Below are positions 23,013 to 34,117 of a stretch of 64,000 bases of DNA, one piece after another (the stretch's first letter is position 1; each line of letters starts with the position of its first letter). The DNA is taken from assembly GCA_963742735.1 (NCBI GenBank), contig CAVUMN010000004.1:1280001-1344000 (forward strand), given 5' to 3'. Source of the DNA: an uncultured Actinomycetes bacterium. GTDB taxonomy: Bacteria > Actinomycetota > UBA4738 > JBBDTT01. Position numbers and translations under genes: made by a program. The notes under the pieces were generated by a model. That model worked only from the letters and a program-made list of their open reading frames with translations, was not told the origin of the DNA and made no database searches.

Positions 23013-24013
23013 GGGTCCTGGGCTTCGAGACGTCCTGCGACGAGACGGCCGTGGCGGTGGTCGAGGACGGCCTGGCCGTCCGGTCGAACCTGATCAGCAG
23101 CCAGACCGACCTGCACCAGCGCTACGGCGGGGTCGTCCCCGAGATCGCCTCGCGCGCCCACGTCGAGCGGATCAACCCCCTGCTCGACGAGGCCCTCGCC
23201 CGCGGGGAGACCTCGTGGGGCCAGGTCGACGCGGTCGCCGTCGCGGTCGGGCCGGGGTTGGTCGGCGCGCTCCTGGTGGGGATCGCCACGGCGAAGGCGG
23301 TCGCGCTGGCGCTGGACCTTCCCCTGATCGGCGTGAACCACCTCGAGGGACACCTGTACGCGAACGCCCTCGACCACGGCCCGATGGAGTTCCCGTTCGT
23401 GGCGTTCATCGTCTCCGGCGGCCACACGATGCTCGTCCACGTGCCCGAGGAGCACCACTACGAGCTGCTCGGCCAGACCCTCGACGACGCCGCCGGCGAG
23501 GCCTTCGACAAGATCGCGCGGTACCTGGGGCTGCCGTACCCCGGCGGCCCCGAGATCGACCGGCTGTCGCAGACCGGTGATCCGGCGGCCGTCGACTTCC
23601 CGCGCGCCCTCGCCCGTTCGGGGGACTTCGACTTCTCGCTCTCCGGCCTGAAGACGGCGGTGATCCGCCACGTCCGCGCCGAGGTCGAGGCCGGGCGGCA
23701 GCCGGACCTCGCCGACCTGGCGGCGTCGTTTCAGGAGGCCATCGTGGACGTGCAGGTGGACAAGACGCTCGCCGCCGCCGAGGCCCGCGGCGCCAAGCGG
23801 ATCCTGCTCGGGGGGGGCGTCGTCGCGAACACCCGCCTCCGCGACCGGATGCAACATGCCGCCGACGAGCGCGGCCTCGACCTCCGCTCGCCCTCGATCG
23901 AGCTGTGCACCGACAACGCCGCCATGATCGCCGCCGCCGGCCACAGCAGGCTGATCAAGGGCGAACGCACCAGCCTCGACGTCAGCGCCAACCCCTCCCT
24001 GCCCCTCGCGTAG
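23009..24013 (+). CDS. tsaD: tRNA N6-adenosine threonylcarbamoyltransferase TsaD
   Basis: GFETSCDET, GGVVPEIASRAH, VNHLEGH, SGGHT, DDAAGEAFDK, CTDNAAMIA. Confidence 0.97.
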   Translation: MRVLGFETSCDETAVAVVEDGLAVRSNLISSQTDLHQRYGGVVPEIASRAHVERINPLLDEALARGETSWGQVDAVAVAVGPGLVGALLVGIATAKAVALALDLPLIGVNHLEGHLYANALDHGPMEFPFVAFIVSGGHTMLVHVPEEHHYELLGQTLDDAAGEAFDKIARYLGLPYPGGPEIDRLSQTGDPAAVDFPRALARSGDFDFSLSGLKTAVIRHVRAEVEAGRQPDLADLAASFQEAIVDVQVDKTLAAAEARGAKRILLGGGVVANTRLRDRMQHAADERGLDLRSPSIELCTDNAAMIAAAGHSRLIKGERTSLDVSANPSLPLA

Positions 24014-24034
24014 ACCGACCGCTAGAGTTCGCGC

Positions 24035-24982
24035 GTGGCGGAGACGGTGTTGGTGACGGGGGCGGCGGGGTTCATCGGGTCGCATCTCGTGGACCGGCTG
24101 CTGGCCGAGGGCAAGCGCGTGGTGGGGGTCGACGACCTGTCCACCGGGCGCATCGCGAACCTGTCCGAGTCGCGGCAGTACGGGCAGGCGTTCACGTTCT
24201 ACAACCTCGACATCCGCTCGGATGGGCTGGCGATGCTGTTCGAACGCCACGGCCCCAACGTGGTGATGCACCTTGCGGCGCAGCCCGGCGTGCGGCCCTC
24301 GCTGCTCGATCCGAAGGCCGACGCGAGCATCAACGTCATGGGCCTGCTCAATGTCCTGGAGAGCTCGGCCCGCGCCGGCGTCCGCAAGGTCGTGTTCGCC
24401 TCGTCGGGCGGCACCATCTACGGCGACCCTCGGAAGTTCCCGGTGAAGGAGACGTCGGCGGGCGGCTCGATCCCGCACTCGCCGTACGGCGTCTCGAAGA
24501 AGGCGGCCCTGGACTACCTCCGCTACTACCACCGCTATCGCAAGCTCGACTTCACCGCCCTCGCCCTCGGCAACGTCTACGGCCCGCGCCAGGACCCGAA
24601 CGGCGAGGCCGGCGTCATCGCGATCTTCATCGGCAAGATGCTTGCCGGCGAGGCGCCGGCGGTCTTCGGCGACGGCAACCAGACCCGCGACTACGTCTTC
24701 GTCGACGACACCGTCCACGCGTTCGCGCTCGCCGGCGGCACCGCGGGCTCCGGGAAGCTGCTGAACATCGGGACCGCCCTGGAGACCTCGGTGAACGGGT
24801 TGTTCCGGATGCTGGCGGAGATCACCGGCTTCCGCGGGGAGCCCGGCGGCGGTTCGCTGCCGCCCGGGGAGATCCGCCGCATCGCCCTCGACTTCTCGTC
24901 GGCGACGAGCGAGCTCGGCTGGAAGCCGTGGACCCACCTGGAGGACGGCCTGAAGGAGACGGTGGCCTACTGGCGGGGCTGA
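24035..24982 (+). CDS. NAD-dependent epimerase/dehydratase (UDP-glucose 4-epimerase-like)
   Basis: TGAAGFIGSH, HLAAQ, YGVSK (YxxxK), NVYGPRQ, GDGNQTRDYVFV. Confidence 0.9.
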   Translation: MAETVLVTGAAGFIGSHLVDRLLAEGKRVVGVDDLSTGRIANLSESRQYGQAFTFYNLDIRSDGLAMLFERHGPNVVMHLAAQPGVRPSLLDPKADASINVMGLLNVLESSARAGVRKVVFASSGGTIYGDPRKFPVKETSAGGSIPHSPYGVSKKAALDYLRYYHRYRKLDFTALALGNVYGPRQDPNGEAGVIAIFIGKMLAGEAPAVFGDGNQTRDYVFVDDTVHAFALAGGTAGSGKLLNIGTALETSVNGLFRMLAEITGFRGEPGGGSLPPGEIRRIALDFSSATSELGWKPWTHLEDGLKETVAYWRG

Positions 24983-25048
24983 GCCCCTGCACCGTTTCTC
25001 CACACGGGCCGGACCAAACCGCGACACCCGCCTGCCTAGACTGACCCC

Positions 25049-25729
25049 ATGGGTCGTCCGCTGATCGCCGTGGTCGAGGACGAGGCGACGATCGCGTCCG
25101 CGATCGCGGCCCGGCTCCGCCGCGAGGGCTTCGACGTCGAGACGGCGGCCGACGGTCCCGGCGCGGTCGAGCTCGTCGAGCGCGTCCGGCCCGACGTCGT
25201 GGTCCTGGATGTGATGCTTCCCGGCTTCGACGGCCTCGAGGTGTGCCGCCGCATCCAGCGAGAGCGTCCGGTGCCCGTCCTGATGCTCACCGCCCGCGAT
25301 GCGGAGGAGGACGTCCTGGTCGGTCTGGGGATCGGCGCGGACGACTACATGACCAAGCCGTTCAGCCCACGGGAGCTCGTGGCCAGGGTCAAGGCCCTGC
25401 TCCGGCGGGTCCAGCGCGCCCCCGAGCCGGAGCGCGGAGTGATCGAACAGGACGGCCTGGCCGTCGACCCCACCAAACGCGAGATCCGAGTCGGCGGCGA
25501 CGCCGTGCACCTGACCCCGATCGAGTTCGACCTGCTGTACGCGCTCGCGTCGCGGCCCGGCGTGGTCCACTCGCGCGAGCGGCTGCTGTCCGAGGTGTGG
25601 GGCTATCGCGACGGCCTCGGCGCGCGCACGGTCGACTCCCACGTGCGCTCGCTCCGCCGCAAGCTCGGCGCCGAGCTCATCCGGACCGTCCACGGGGTCG
25701 GGTACGCCTTCCGCGAGGACGTCTCCTGA
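25049..25729 (+). CDS. OmpR/PhoB-family response regulator
   Basis: VVEDE, LDVMLPG, LTAR, GADDYMTKPF, winged helix RTVDSHV..IRTVHGVGY. Confidence 0.95.
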   Translation: MGRPLIAVVEDEATIASAIAARLRREGFDVETAADGPGAVELVERVRPDVVVLDVMLPGFDGLEVCRRIQRERPVPVLMLTARDAEEDVLVGLGIGADDYMTKPFSPRELVARVKALLRRVQRAPEPERGVIEQDGLAVDPTKREIRVGGDAVHLTPIEFDLLYALASRPGVVHSRERLLSEVWGYRDGLGARTVDSHVRSLRRKLGAELIRTVHGVGYAFREDVS

Positions 25730-26754
25730 TGGGACGGCTCCGCCCGCTCGACTTCCTGTCCTCGATCAAGACCAAGCTCGGGGTGATCATCGTGGCCGCC
25801 GTCGCGGTGGCGGTCGTCATCCAGTCGCTCGGCGCGGTGGCGGGCTTCCCGCTCGTGCTGGTCGGGCTGGTGGCGGGCCTCCTGGCACTGGTGATGGTTC
25901 AGCTCCTCGCCCGAGGCATGACCTCGCCGCTGCGGGAGATGGCCCGCGCCGCGACGGGGATGTCCCGGGGCGACTACTCGCAACGGGTCACGGCGACCTC
26001 GCGCGACGAGGTCGGAGAGCTCGCCCGCGCGTTCAACATCATGGCCGCGGAGCTGGCGGAGATCGACCGCCAGCGCCGGGACCTGATCGCGAACGTCTCC
26101 CACGAGCTCCGCACGCCGATCAGCGCGATGCAGGCGGTGCTCGAGAACCTGGTGGACGGCGTGGAGCCGCCCGACCCCGAGACGCTGCGGACCGTGCTGG
26201 GCCAGGTCGAGCGGCTCGGCCGCCTGGTCGCCCAGCTGCTGGATCTCTCCCGGCTGGAGTCGGGGGCGGCCCCGATGGAGCGCCGGCCCTTCGCGATCCG
26301 CCCGGTCCTCGAGCAGGCCGTGCGCGAACAGGAGGTCAACGTCGCCCAGGGCTCCGACCGGCCGGTTCGTCTGTCGCTCGAGGTCAGCCCGGCCGAGCTG
26401 GAGGCCGACGGCGACCCCGAGCGGGTCCATCAGGTCGTCGCCAACCTGGTCCACAACGCGGTCCGCCATTCTCCGGCGGGCGGGACGGTGACCGTGTCCG
26501 CCCGCGGCGAGCCGGGACGCGTGCGCATCGAGGTCGCCGACCAGGGCCCGGGCATCCCCGACGGGGAGGCCTCGCGGGTGTTCGAGCGGTTCTACCGCTC
26601 CGACGCGGCCCGGTCGTCCAGGGACGGCGGGACCGGCCTCGGCCTGGCCATCGCCCGGTGGGTCGTCGACCTGCACGGGGGAGACATCCGGGCGGAGCCG
26701 AACCTCCCCACGGGCTGCCGGATGGTCGTCGAGCTCCCGGCGGGCGCCCGATGA
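25729..26754 (+). CDS. HAMP-domain sensor histidine kinase with very short (intramembrane-type) input region
   Basis: Two adjacent N-terminal TM segments, HAMP, SHELRTP H-box, NLVHNA, DQGPG, FERFY, GTGLGL. Confidence 0.94.
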   Translation: MGRLRPLDFLSSIKTKLGVIIVAAVAVAVVIQSLGAVAGFPLVLVGLVAGLLALVMVQLLARGMTSPLREMARAATGMSRGDYSQRVTATSRDEVGELARAFNIMAAELAEIDRQRRDLIANVSHELRTPISAMQAVLENLVDGVEPPDPETLRTVLGQVERLGRLVAQLLDLSRLESGAAPMERRPFAIRPVLEQAVREQEVNVAQGSDRPVRLSLEVSPAELEADGDPERVHQVVANLVHNAVRHSPAGGTVTVSARGEPGRVRIEVADQGPGIPDGEASRVFERFYRSDAARSSRDGGTGLGLAIARWVVDLHGGDIRAEPNLPTGCRMVVELPAGAR

Positions 26755-28229
26755 CCGAGCTCCAGACCGCCACCGTGTTGCCCCCGGCGCCCGCCCGCCG
26801 TTCGTTCGCGCTGGCCGCGATGGGCGCCGCGCTCGTCGCCGCATGGCTGATCCCCGAGAGCCGCCCCGGGGTGAACATCCCCATCCTGGCGCTCTTCGCG
26901 GCGGCCGCGGTGCACGCCGCGAAGCCGAGGCCCATCTCGGGAACCTCGTGGGCCTACGCCGCCCTGGGGGGCGCGTTGGCGCTGACGCCGGTCCTGCGCG
27001 CCGCCGAGTGGGTGCTGGCGGTGAACGTCCTGGCCGCGCTGGCGCTGGCGGGCCTGGCCGCCACCGGGGCGACGACGTGGCGAGAGATGCTCTGGACCCC
27101 CCTGGCCGTGCTCGGCCGGGCGCCGCAGGCGCCGGGCTACGTCCTCTCCGGTCTCCGCCGCCCCGCCACGACGCCGTCCGGCCGGCTGGCTCCAGTCCTT
27201 CGGGGTGTGGCGATCGCGGCGGGCCTGCTGGTGGTCTTCGGCGTGCTGTTCGCCTCGGCGGATCGCGCGTTCGCCTCGCTCGCCGAGCGGCTCCTCATCC
27301 CCGACTGGGACCTGGACCTTCTGCCGGTCCGGTTGCTGGTGTTCGCGTTCGCGCTGCTGGCGGTGGCGACGCTGGGGCTGACCCGGGTGCGATCCGGCGC
27401 CGGCTGGACACCGACCCTGCGCGGCCTCTTCGGGACCGGAGGCCCGCCGTGGCGGCTGGGTCGCACGGAGTGGACCATCGCCCTCGGCTCGCTCAACGTG
27501 CTGTTCGCGCTCTTCGTCGGGATCCAGATCGCGGTCCTGTTCGCCGGACACGATCACGTCCTGCGGACGGAGGGCCTGACCTACGCGGAGTACGCGCGCC
27601 AGGGGTTCTTCCAGCTCCTCGTGGTCGGCTTCCTGACCCTGGGGGTCCTCGCCGTCGTCGGATCCCGCGGCGAACGGGGGGGCGAACGCGATGATCGCAG
27701 GCTGCAGCTCCTCGGCGGAACGCTGTGCGTGCTCTCCCTGGTGGTGCTGGCCTCGGCCCTGCACCGGCTCGGCCTGTACGAGGATGCCTTCGGTTTCACG
27801 CACGCGCGTCTGACCGTTCACGCGGTGCTGTGGTGGCTCGGGGGCGTGTTCGTGCTGGTCGTCGCGGCCGGGGCCACGCGTCGTGCGGCCTGGCTCCCGA
27901 GGGCCTCCGTCGCGCTCACGGTGGCCGGCCTGCTCGCGTTCACGCTCGCGAACCCCGACGCCCTGGTGGCCTCGCGGAACGTGGATCGATTCGAACGGAC
28001 GGGATCGCTCGACCTCGACTACCTCGGCGCGAGCCTGAGCGGGGACGCGGTACCCGCCCTCCAGCGGCTGGCCGAGCCCTACCGCAGCTGCGTGCTGGCG
28101 CCCATCGCCGCCCGTCTGGGAGAGCCGGAGTCGTGGATGGAGTTCAATCTCGGGCGTTCCTGGGCACGAATGCTGCTTGGCGCGGGGCTCGCCCTGCCGG
28201 AGACCTGCCCGACGGAAGAGGGGATATGA
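26751..28229 (+). CDS. DUF4153/DUF4173-family multi-pass membrane protein
   Basis: FASADRAF, YAEYARQGFFQL, RLGLYEDAFGFT, NPDALVASRN, LSGDAVP. Confidence 0.8.
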   Translation: MTELQTATVLPPAPARRSFALAAMGAALVAAWLIPESRPGVNIPILALFAAAAVHAAKPRPISGTSWAYAALGGALALTPVLRAAEWVLAVNVLAALALAGLAATGATTWREMLWTPLAVLGRAPQAPGYVLSGLRRPATTPSGRLAPVLRGVAIAAGLLVVFGVLFASADRAFASLAERLLIPDWDLDLLPVRLLVFAFALLAVATLGLTRVRSGAGWTPTLRGLFGTGGPPWRLGRTEWTIALGSLNVLFALFVGIQIAVLFAGHDHVLRTEGLTYAEYARQGFFQLLVVGFLTLGVLAVVGSRGERGGERDDRRLQLLGGTLCVLSLVVLASALHRLGLYEDAFGFTHARLTVHAVLWWLGGVFVLVVAAGATRRAAWLPRASVALTVAGLLAFTLANPDALVASRNVDRFERTGSLDLDYLGASLSGDAVPALQRLAEPYRSCVLAPIAARLGEPESWMEFNLGRSWARMLLGAGLALPETCPTEEGI

Positions 28230-28669
28230 CGACATCGACGACGACGATCGAGGTTCGGGTCGAGCGGCGGTTCGGGTTCACGGACCTCACCGACGACCTG
28301 CGCCGGGCCGTGAAGGACTCCGGGGTCACCGACGGTCTGGCGGTCGCCTTCTGCGCCCACACGACCTGCGCGCTCCTGGTGAACGAGTGGGAGGACGGTG
28401 CGCTCGCGGACTTCGCGGAGCGCCTCGAGGCCCTGATCCCGGGCGAGATCTACTATGCCCACGACGACCTGGCCCGGCGCCCCGACGTCGAGGAGCACGA
28501 ACGCCCGAACGGCCGCTCGCACGTCATGCAGATGGTGATCGGCGGCACCAGCCACGCGATCCCGGTGAGCGCCGGTGAGCCGATGCTCGGACGGTGGCAG
28601 CGACTGGTCCTGGTCGACCTCGACGAGCCCAAGCCCCGCACGGTCGTGTTCCACGTCTCCGGCGACTAG
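28226..28669 (+). CDS. YjbQ (UPF0047) family protein
   Basis: DLTDDL..SGVTDG..HTTCALLVNE..YAHD..NGRSH..LGRWQ. Confidence 0.88.
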   Translation: MTTSTTTIEVRVERRFGFTDLTDDLRRAVKDSGVTDGLAVAFCAHTTCALLVNEWEDGALADFAERLEALIPGEIYYAHDDLARRPDVEEHERPNGRSHVMQMVIGGTSHAIPVSAGEPMLGRWQRLVLVDLDEPKPRTVVFHVSGD

Positions 28670-28684
28670 CCCGTCCGGGCCCGG

Positions 28685-28714
28685 TTGCCGCTTTCCCCCG
28701 TCGCTCGCTAGACT
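28685..28714 (+). promoter_or_regulatory. Promoter of groES-groEL
   Basis: TTGCCG-N18-TAGACT immediately upstream of the CIRCE box. Confidence 0.65.
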
Positions 28715-28715
28715 G

Positions 28716-28742
28716 TTAGCACTCGAAGCACGCGAGTGCTAA
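28716..28742. promoter_or_regulatory. CIRCE element (HrcA operator)
   Basis: Perfect TTAGCACTC-N9-GAGTGCTAA upstream of groES. Confidence 0.96.
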
Positions 28743-28767
28743 TTGCGCGCACGTATAGGAGGCACGA

Positions 28768-29076
28768 ATGGCCAAGGGTGGATTCAATCTTCAGCCCCTC
28801 GAGGACCGCATCGTCGTGAGGCCGGGTGAGGAGGAGGAGACCACCGTCTCCGGCATCGTCATCCCCGACACGGCGAAGGAGAAGCCCCAGGAGGGCGAGG
28901 TCGTCGCGGTGGGCGCCGGCCGGTTCAACGAGGACGGCGACGAGCGCGTCCCGATGGACGTCAAGGTCGGCGACAAGGTCATCTACTCGAAGTACGGCGG
29001 CACCGAGGTCAAGGTCGGCGGCGAGGAGTACCTGATCCTGTCCGCCCGCGACGTCCTCGCGATCGTCGTCAAGTAA
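28768..29076 (+). CDS. groES: Co-chaperonin GroES
   Basis: [39 protein letters not shown]. Confidence 0.98.
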   Translation: MAKGGFNLQPLEDRIVVRPGEEEETTVSGIVIPDTAKEKPQEGEVVAVGAGRFNEDGDERVPMDVKVGDKVIYSKYGGTEVKVGGEEYLILSARDVLAIVVK

Positions 29077-30744
<1,668 letters not shown>

Positions 30745-30761
30745 CGGTCCGGGGACACCAC

Positions 30762-30793
30762 GAACGGGGCCGCCTTCGGGCGGCCCTGTTTCG
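30762..30793. terminator. Intrinsic terminator after groEL, probably bidirectional
   Basis: GGGCCGCC-TTCG-GGCGGCCC hairpin followed by TGTTTCGT, between convergent genes. Confidence 0.8.
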
Positions 30794-30795
30794 TT

Positions 30796-31218
30796 CTAGA
30801 CGGGGGTCGCCTCGTTGCCGGCCCGCGCCAGCGCGAGGGCGAAGGCCGCGCTCAGCACGCCGGTGACACCGGCCATCAGCCACCACAGCAGCAGGCTCGG
30901 ACAGATCGCGACGCCGTCGACGGTCGCGCAGTCGGGACCGATCGAGGCGTTGACGCCGAACACCACGAACGCCAGCGCGGTCGGGATCGCGAACGCCCAC
31001 CCCCAGAACCACAGGTCCTCCACGCGCTGGGCCACGAGCACCGCGAACATGGCCGCCGCGAGCAGCTGGATCCCGACGATCCGCACCCACGCGTACTCCT
31101 CGTAGGGGATCTGGTGGAACACGGTGACGAGCGTGAACCGGGGGAGCGCCGCCAGCGCCACCCCGAGCACGAACGATACGAGCGCCTCGAGATAGAGGAC
31201 GCGTCGGAGCAGGCGCAT
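30796..31218 (-). CDS. Hypothetical 4-TM membrane protein
   Basis: 140 aa with four hydrophobic segments; TATCCT -10 lies 8 nt before the ATG. Confidence 0.75.
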   Translation of the reverse strand: MRLLRRVLYLEALVSFVLGVALAALPRFTLVTVFHQIPYEEYAWVRIVGIQLLAAAMFAVLVAQRVEDLWFWGWAFAIPTALAFVVFGVNASIGPDCATVDGVAICPSLLLWWLMAGVTGVLSAAFALALARAGNEATPV

Positions 31219-31311
31219 GGCCTGCTAGGATAGCCCGCGCCGCCCGAGAGCCCGTGAAGGGAGCCTCAGGCGCGCCTCCCGAGATCCTTCGACAAGGGAC
31301 CCTGGACGACC

Positions 31312-32697
31312 GTGACCACCGACGTTCGCGTGGCCGTCATCGGCCTCGACTGCGGGACACCTCAGCTGCTGTTCGACTCTCTCAAGGACGAGGTTCCCAA
31401 CATCAACAAGCTCATCGAGCGCTCCATGTGGGGCGAGCTGCAGTCGATCACGCCCCCGATCACGGTCCCGGCCTGGGCGTGCGCCATGAGCGGCAAGACC
31501 CCGGGCCAGCTGGGGATCTACGGGTTCCGCAACCGCAAGGACTCGACCTACGACGGCCTGTCGATCGCCACGAGCGACGCCGTCAAGGAGTCCCAGGTGT
31601 GGGACCTCCTCGGCGCCCAGGGGAAGAAGTCCCTGCTCATCGGGGTGCCGCCCGGCTACCCGCCGAAGCCCGTGGAGGGCTGGCGAGTCTCGTGCTTCCT
31701 GACCCCGCCCTCGGCCAAGTCCTACACGTGGCCCCCCGAGCTCGCGGCGGAGGTCGAGGAGGAAGTGGGCGAGTACATCTTCGATATCCCCAACTTCCGC
31801 GAGCAGGGGTTCGAGCACGTCCACCAGCAGGTCTACGCGATGACGGAGCGGCGCTTCAAGCTCGCCCGCCGGCTCATCAAGAACAAGCCGTGGGACTACT
31901 TCATGCTCGTCGAGATGGGACCGGACCGGCTCCACCACGTGTTCTGGCACTTCTGTGACCCGGCCCATCCGAAGTACGTCCCGGGGAACCCGTTCGAGTC
32001 CGCGTTCCGCGACTACTACCGCTACCTCGACAAGGAGGTCGGCTCGCTGCTCGAGCTGATCCCGCAGGACGCGGTGACGATCCTCATGTCCGATCACGGC
32101 GCCCGGCCGATGGTGGGCGGGGTGTGCTTCAACGACTGGCTCCAGCGCGAGGGCTACCTGGCGCTTTCGAGCTCGCTCGACGGGCCGACCCCCATCGCCA
32201 AGGCCCCGATCGACTGGTCGAAGACCATGGCCTGGGGCGACGGCGGCTACTACGGCCGCCTGTTCCTCAACGTGAAGGGCCGCGAGCCGCAGGGCGTCAT
32301 CGAGCCGGCCGACTACGAGCGCGTCCGCGACGAGATGATCGCGAAGCTGGAGGCGATGCCGGACCACCAGGGCCGGCCGATGGGAACGATCGTCTACAAG
32401 CCGGAGGACGTCTACGCCGAGGTCAATGGCGTCGCCCCCGACCTGATCGTCTACTTCGGCGACCTCGAGTGGCGATCGGTCGGGACGATCGGCACCGGCG
32501 ACGTGTATACGTTCGAGAACGACACCGGCCCCGACGGCGCGAACCACGCGCAGTCCGGGGTGTTCGCGATGGCCGGCGCGCCGGGGCAGCCGAGCGGCCG
32601 GCAGGAGGGTTTGCGTCTGGTGGACGTGGGCCCCACGATCATGAAGCTCTACGGGCTCGACGTGCCCGGAGACGCAACCGGAAGGAGCATGCTGTGA
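31312..32697 (+). CDS. Alkaline-phosphatase-superfamily protein (type I phosphodiesterase/nucleotide pyrophosphatase)
   Basis: [43 protein letters not shown]. Confidence 0.87.
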   Translation: MTTDVRVAVIGLDCGTPQLLFDSLKDEVPNINKLIERSMWGELQSITPPITVPAWACAMSGKTPGQLGIYGFRNRKDSTYDGLSIATSDAVKESQVWDLLGAQGKKSLLIGVPPGYPPKPVEGWRVSCFLTPPSAKSYTWPPELAAEVEEEVGEYIFDIPNFREQGFEHVHQQVYAMTERRFKLARRLIKNKPWDYFMLVEMGPDRLHHVFWHFCDPAHPKYVPGNPFESAFRDYYRYLDKEVGSLLELIPQDAVTILMSDHGARPMVGGVCFNDWLQREGYLALSSSLDGPTPIAKAPIDWSKTMAWGDGGYYGRLFLNVKGREPQGVIEPADYERVRDEMIAKLEAMPDHQGRPMGTIVYKPEDVYAEVNGVAPDLIVYFGDLEWRSVGTIGTGDVYTFENDTGPDGANHAQSGVFAMAGAPGQPSGRQEGLRLVDVGPTIMKLYGLDVPGDATGRSML

Positions 32698-33275
32698 CGG
32701 AGACGCAGGCGGCCACGAGGGAGCGGCCGATGAGGAACGGAGACGACCCGCGCGGGTTCTGTCTGTGGCTCACCGGGCTCTCGGGGGCGGGCAAGTCCAC
32801 CCTCGCGGAGCTGCTGGTGGGCGAGCTCGCGCACCGCGAGGTGAGGACCGAGCTGCTGGACGGCGACATCGTCCGCACCAACCTCTCCAAGGGCCTCGGG
32901 TTCTCCAAGGAGGACCGCGACACGAACATCCTGAGGATCGGCTTCGTCGCCCACCTGCTGCAGCGCAACGGGGTGGGCGTGGTCGTCTCCGCGATCTCGC
33001 CCTACAAGGACGTGCGCAACCAGTGCCGCGCGATGATGGGCGAGGACTTCATCGAGATCTACGTGAACGCGCCCCTGGACGTCTGCGAGTCACGCGACGT
33101 GAAGGGCCTCTACGCGAAGGCGCGGGCCGGTGAGCTCAAGGGCTTCACCGGGATCGACGACCCGTACGAGCCCCCGGACCACCCGGAGCTGGAGCTCCGG
33201 ACGGACGCCTTGTCGCCCACGGAGTGCCTGGCCAAGGTGCTGGGGCTCCTCGAGGAGAGGGGATACCTGCGATGA
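32694..33275 (+). CDS. cysC: Adenylyl-sulfate (APS) kinase
   Basis: [46 protein letters not shown]. Confidence 0.95.
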   Translation: MTETQAATRERPMRNGDDPRGFCLWLTGLSGAGKSTLAELLVGELAHREVRTELLDGDIVRTNLSKGLGFSKEDRDTNILRIGFVAHLLQRNGVGVVVSAISPYKDVRNQCRAMMGEDFIEIYVNAPLDVCESRDVKGLYAKARAGELKGFTGIDDPYEPPDHPELELRTDALSPTECLAKVLGLLEERGYLR

Positions 33276-33934
33276 ACGGAAAGTCCGGACGCGGCGCTGG
33301 AATCGGCATGGTCCTGGGGGCGGTGGCGGTGATCGCCTCCGCCTTCCTGATGTGGTTCACCCTGACGATCGCCGGGGTCGGCGAGCAGGAGGTCAAGGGC
33401 GTCGGAGGCGAGGGCGGCTCGCTGGTCATGGCCCTCGGCGCGATCAGCCTCGCGGCCATCGTCCTGATCCTCGGTCTGATCCTGGCCGCGTTGGGACGGG
33501 GCCGCGGCCTCGCGATCGCCGGGCTGATCGTCTCGCTGTTCCTGGTCTTCGTGGGCGCGTACGCGTCCTTCGCACCCGAGGGCTCGATCGTGGCGTTCGA
33601 GGCCCGGGAGTTCGGCGAGGAGCTGGGGATCTCCGAGTCGGAGGCCAAGGAGGTGCTCCAGGACGCGTTCGACAACGGGGAGCTCTCGGCGACCGCCGGC
33701 ATCGGGGCCTACGTCGCCCTCGCCGGCGCGGCGATCGCCCTGATCTCCTCCATCGCGGGCATCGCCACGGCCGGACGGAAGCCCGCCGCGGCTGCGCCCG
33801 AGTATCCGCAGGCTCCGATGGCCGCGGCTCCACCGCCTCCGGCGGCCCCACCCGCGGCCCCACCCGCAGGCCCCCCGGCGCCTCCGCCGCCGCCGGGACC
33901 ACCGCCGGCTCCGCCGCAGGCACCGCCGCAGTAG
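33272..33934 (+). CDS. Hypothetical 4-TM membrane protein with Pro-rich C-terminus
   Basis: Four hydrophobic segments and a [12 protein letters not shown] tail; ATGA overlap with cysC. Confidence 0.75.
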   Translation: MNGKSGRGAGIGMVLGAVAVIASAFLMWFTLTIAGVGEQEVKGVGGEGGSLVMALGAISLAAIVLILGLILAALGRGRGLAIAGLIVSLFLVFVGAYASFAPEGSIVAFEAREFGEELGISESEAKEVLQDAFDNGELSATAGIGAYVALAGAAIALISSIAGIATAGRKPAAAAPEYPQAPMAAAPPPPAAPPAAPPAGPPAPPPPPGPPPAPPQAPPQ

Positions 33935-33961
33935 ACCGCGAGCCTCTCGAGGCAGGCGAGG

Positions 33962-33981
33962 GCCCGTTCTCACGAACGGGC
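33962..33981. terminator. Possible terminator hairpin
   Basis: GCCCGTTC-TCAC-GAACGGGC perfect stem after the stop codon; no clear U tract. Confidence 0.45.
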
Positions 33982-34117
33982 TGATGTGGGCTGGAAACTC
34001 CTCGACGCGGGGCGGATCGGCTGGTAACGTTCCGACATGGAGCATCCGGACGCCTGCCCTGACCCGGGCGGGCGTTTCGTGCATTCTGGGCCCACGCGAG
34101 CGCGGTAGGAGGCGACG

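Noticed and set aside
31240-31272. Glycine or SAM riboswitch
   Set aside because: GAGAG, GAAGG and CTCAGG words are present but too compressed for a glycine aptamer, and SAM-I/IV core motifs are absent; kept only as a generic structured leader.
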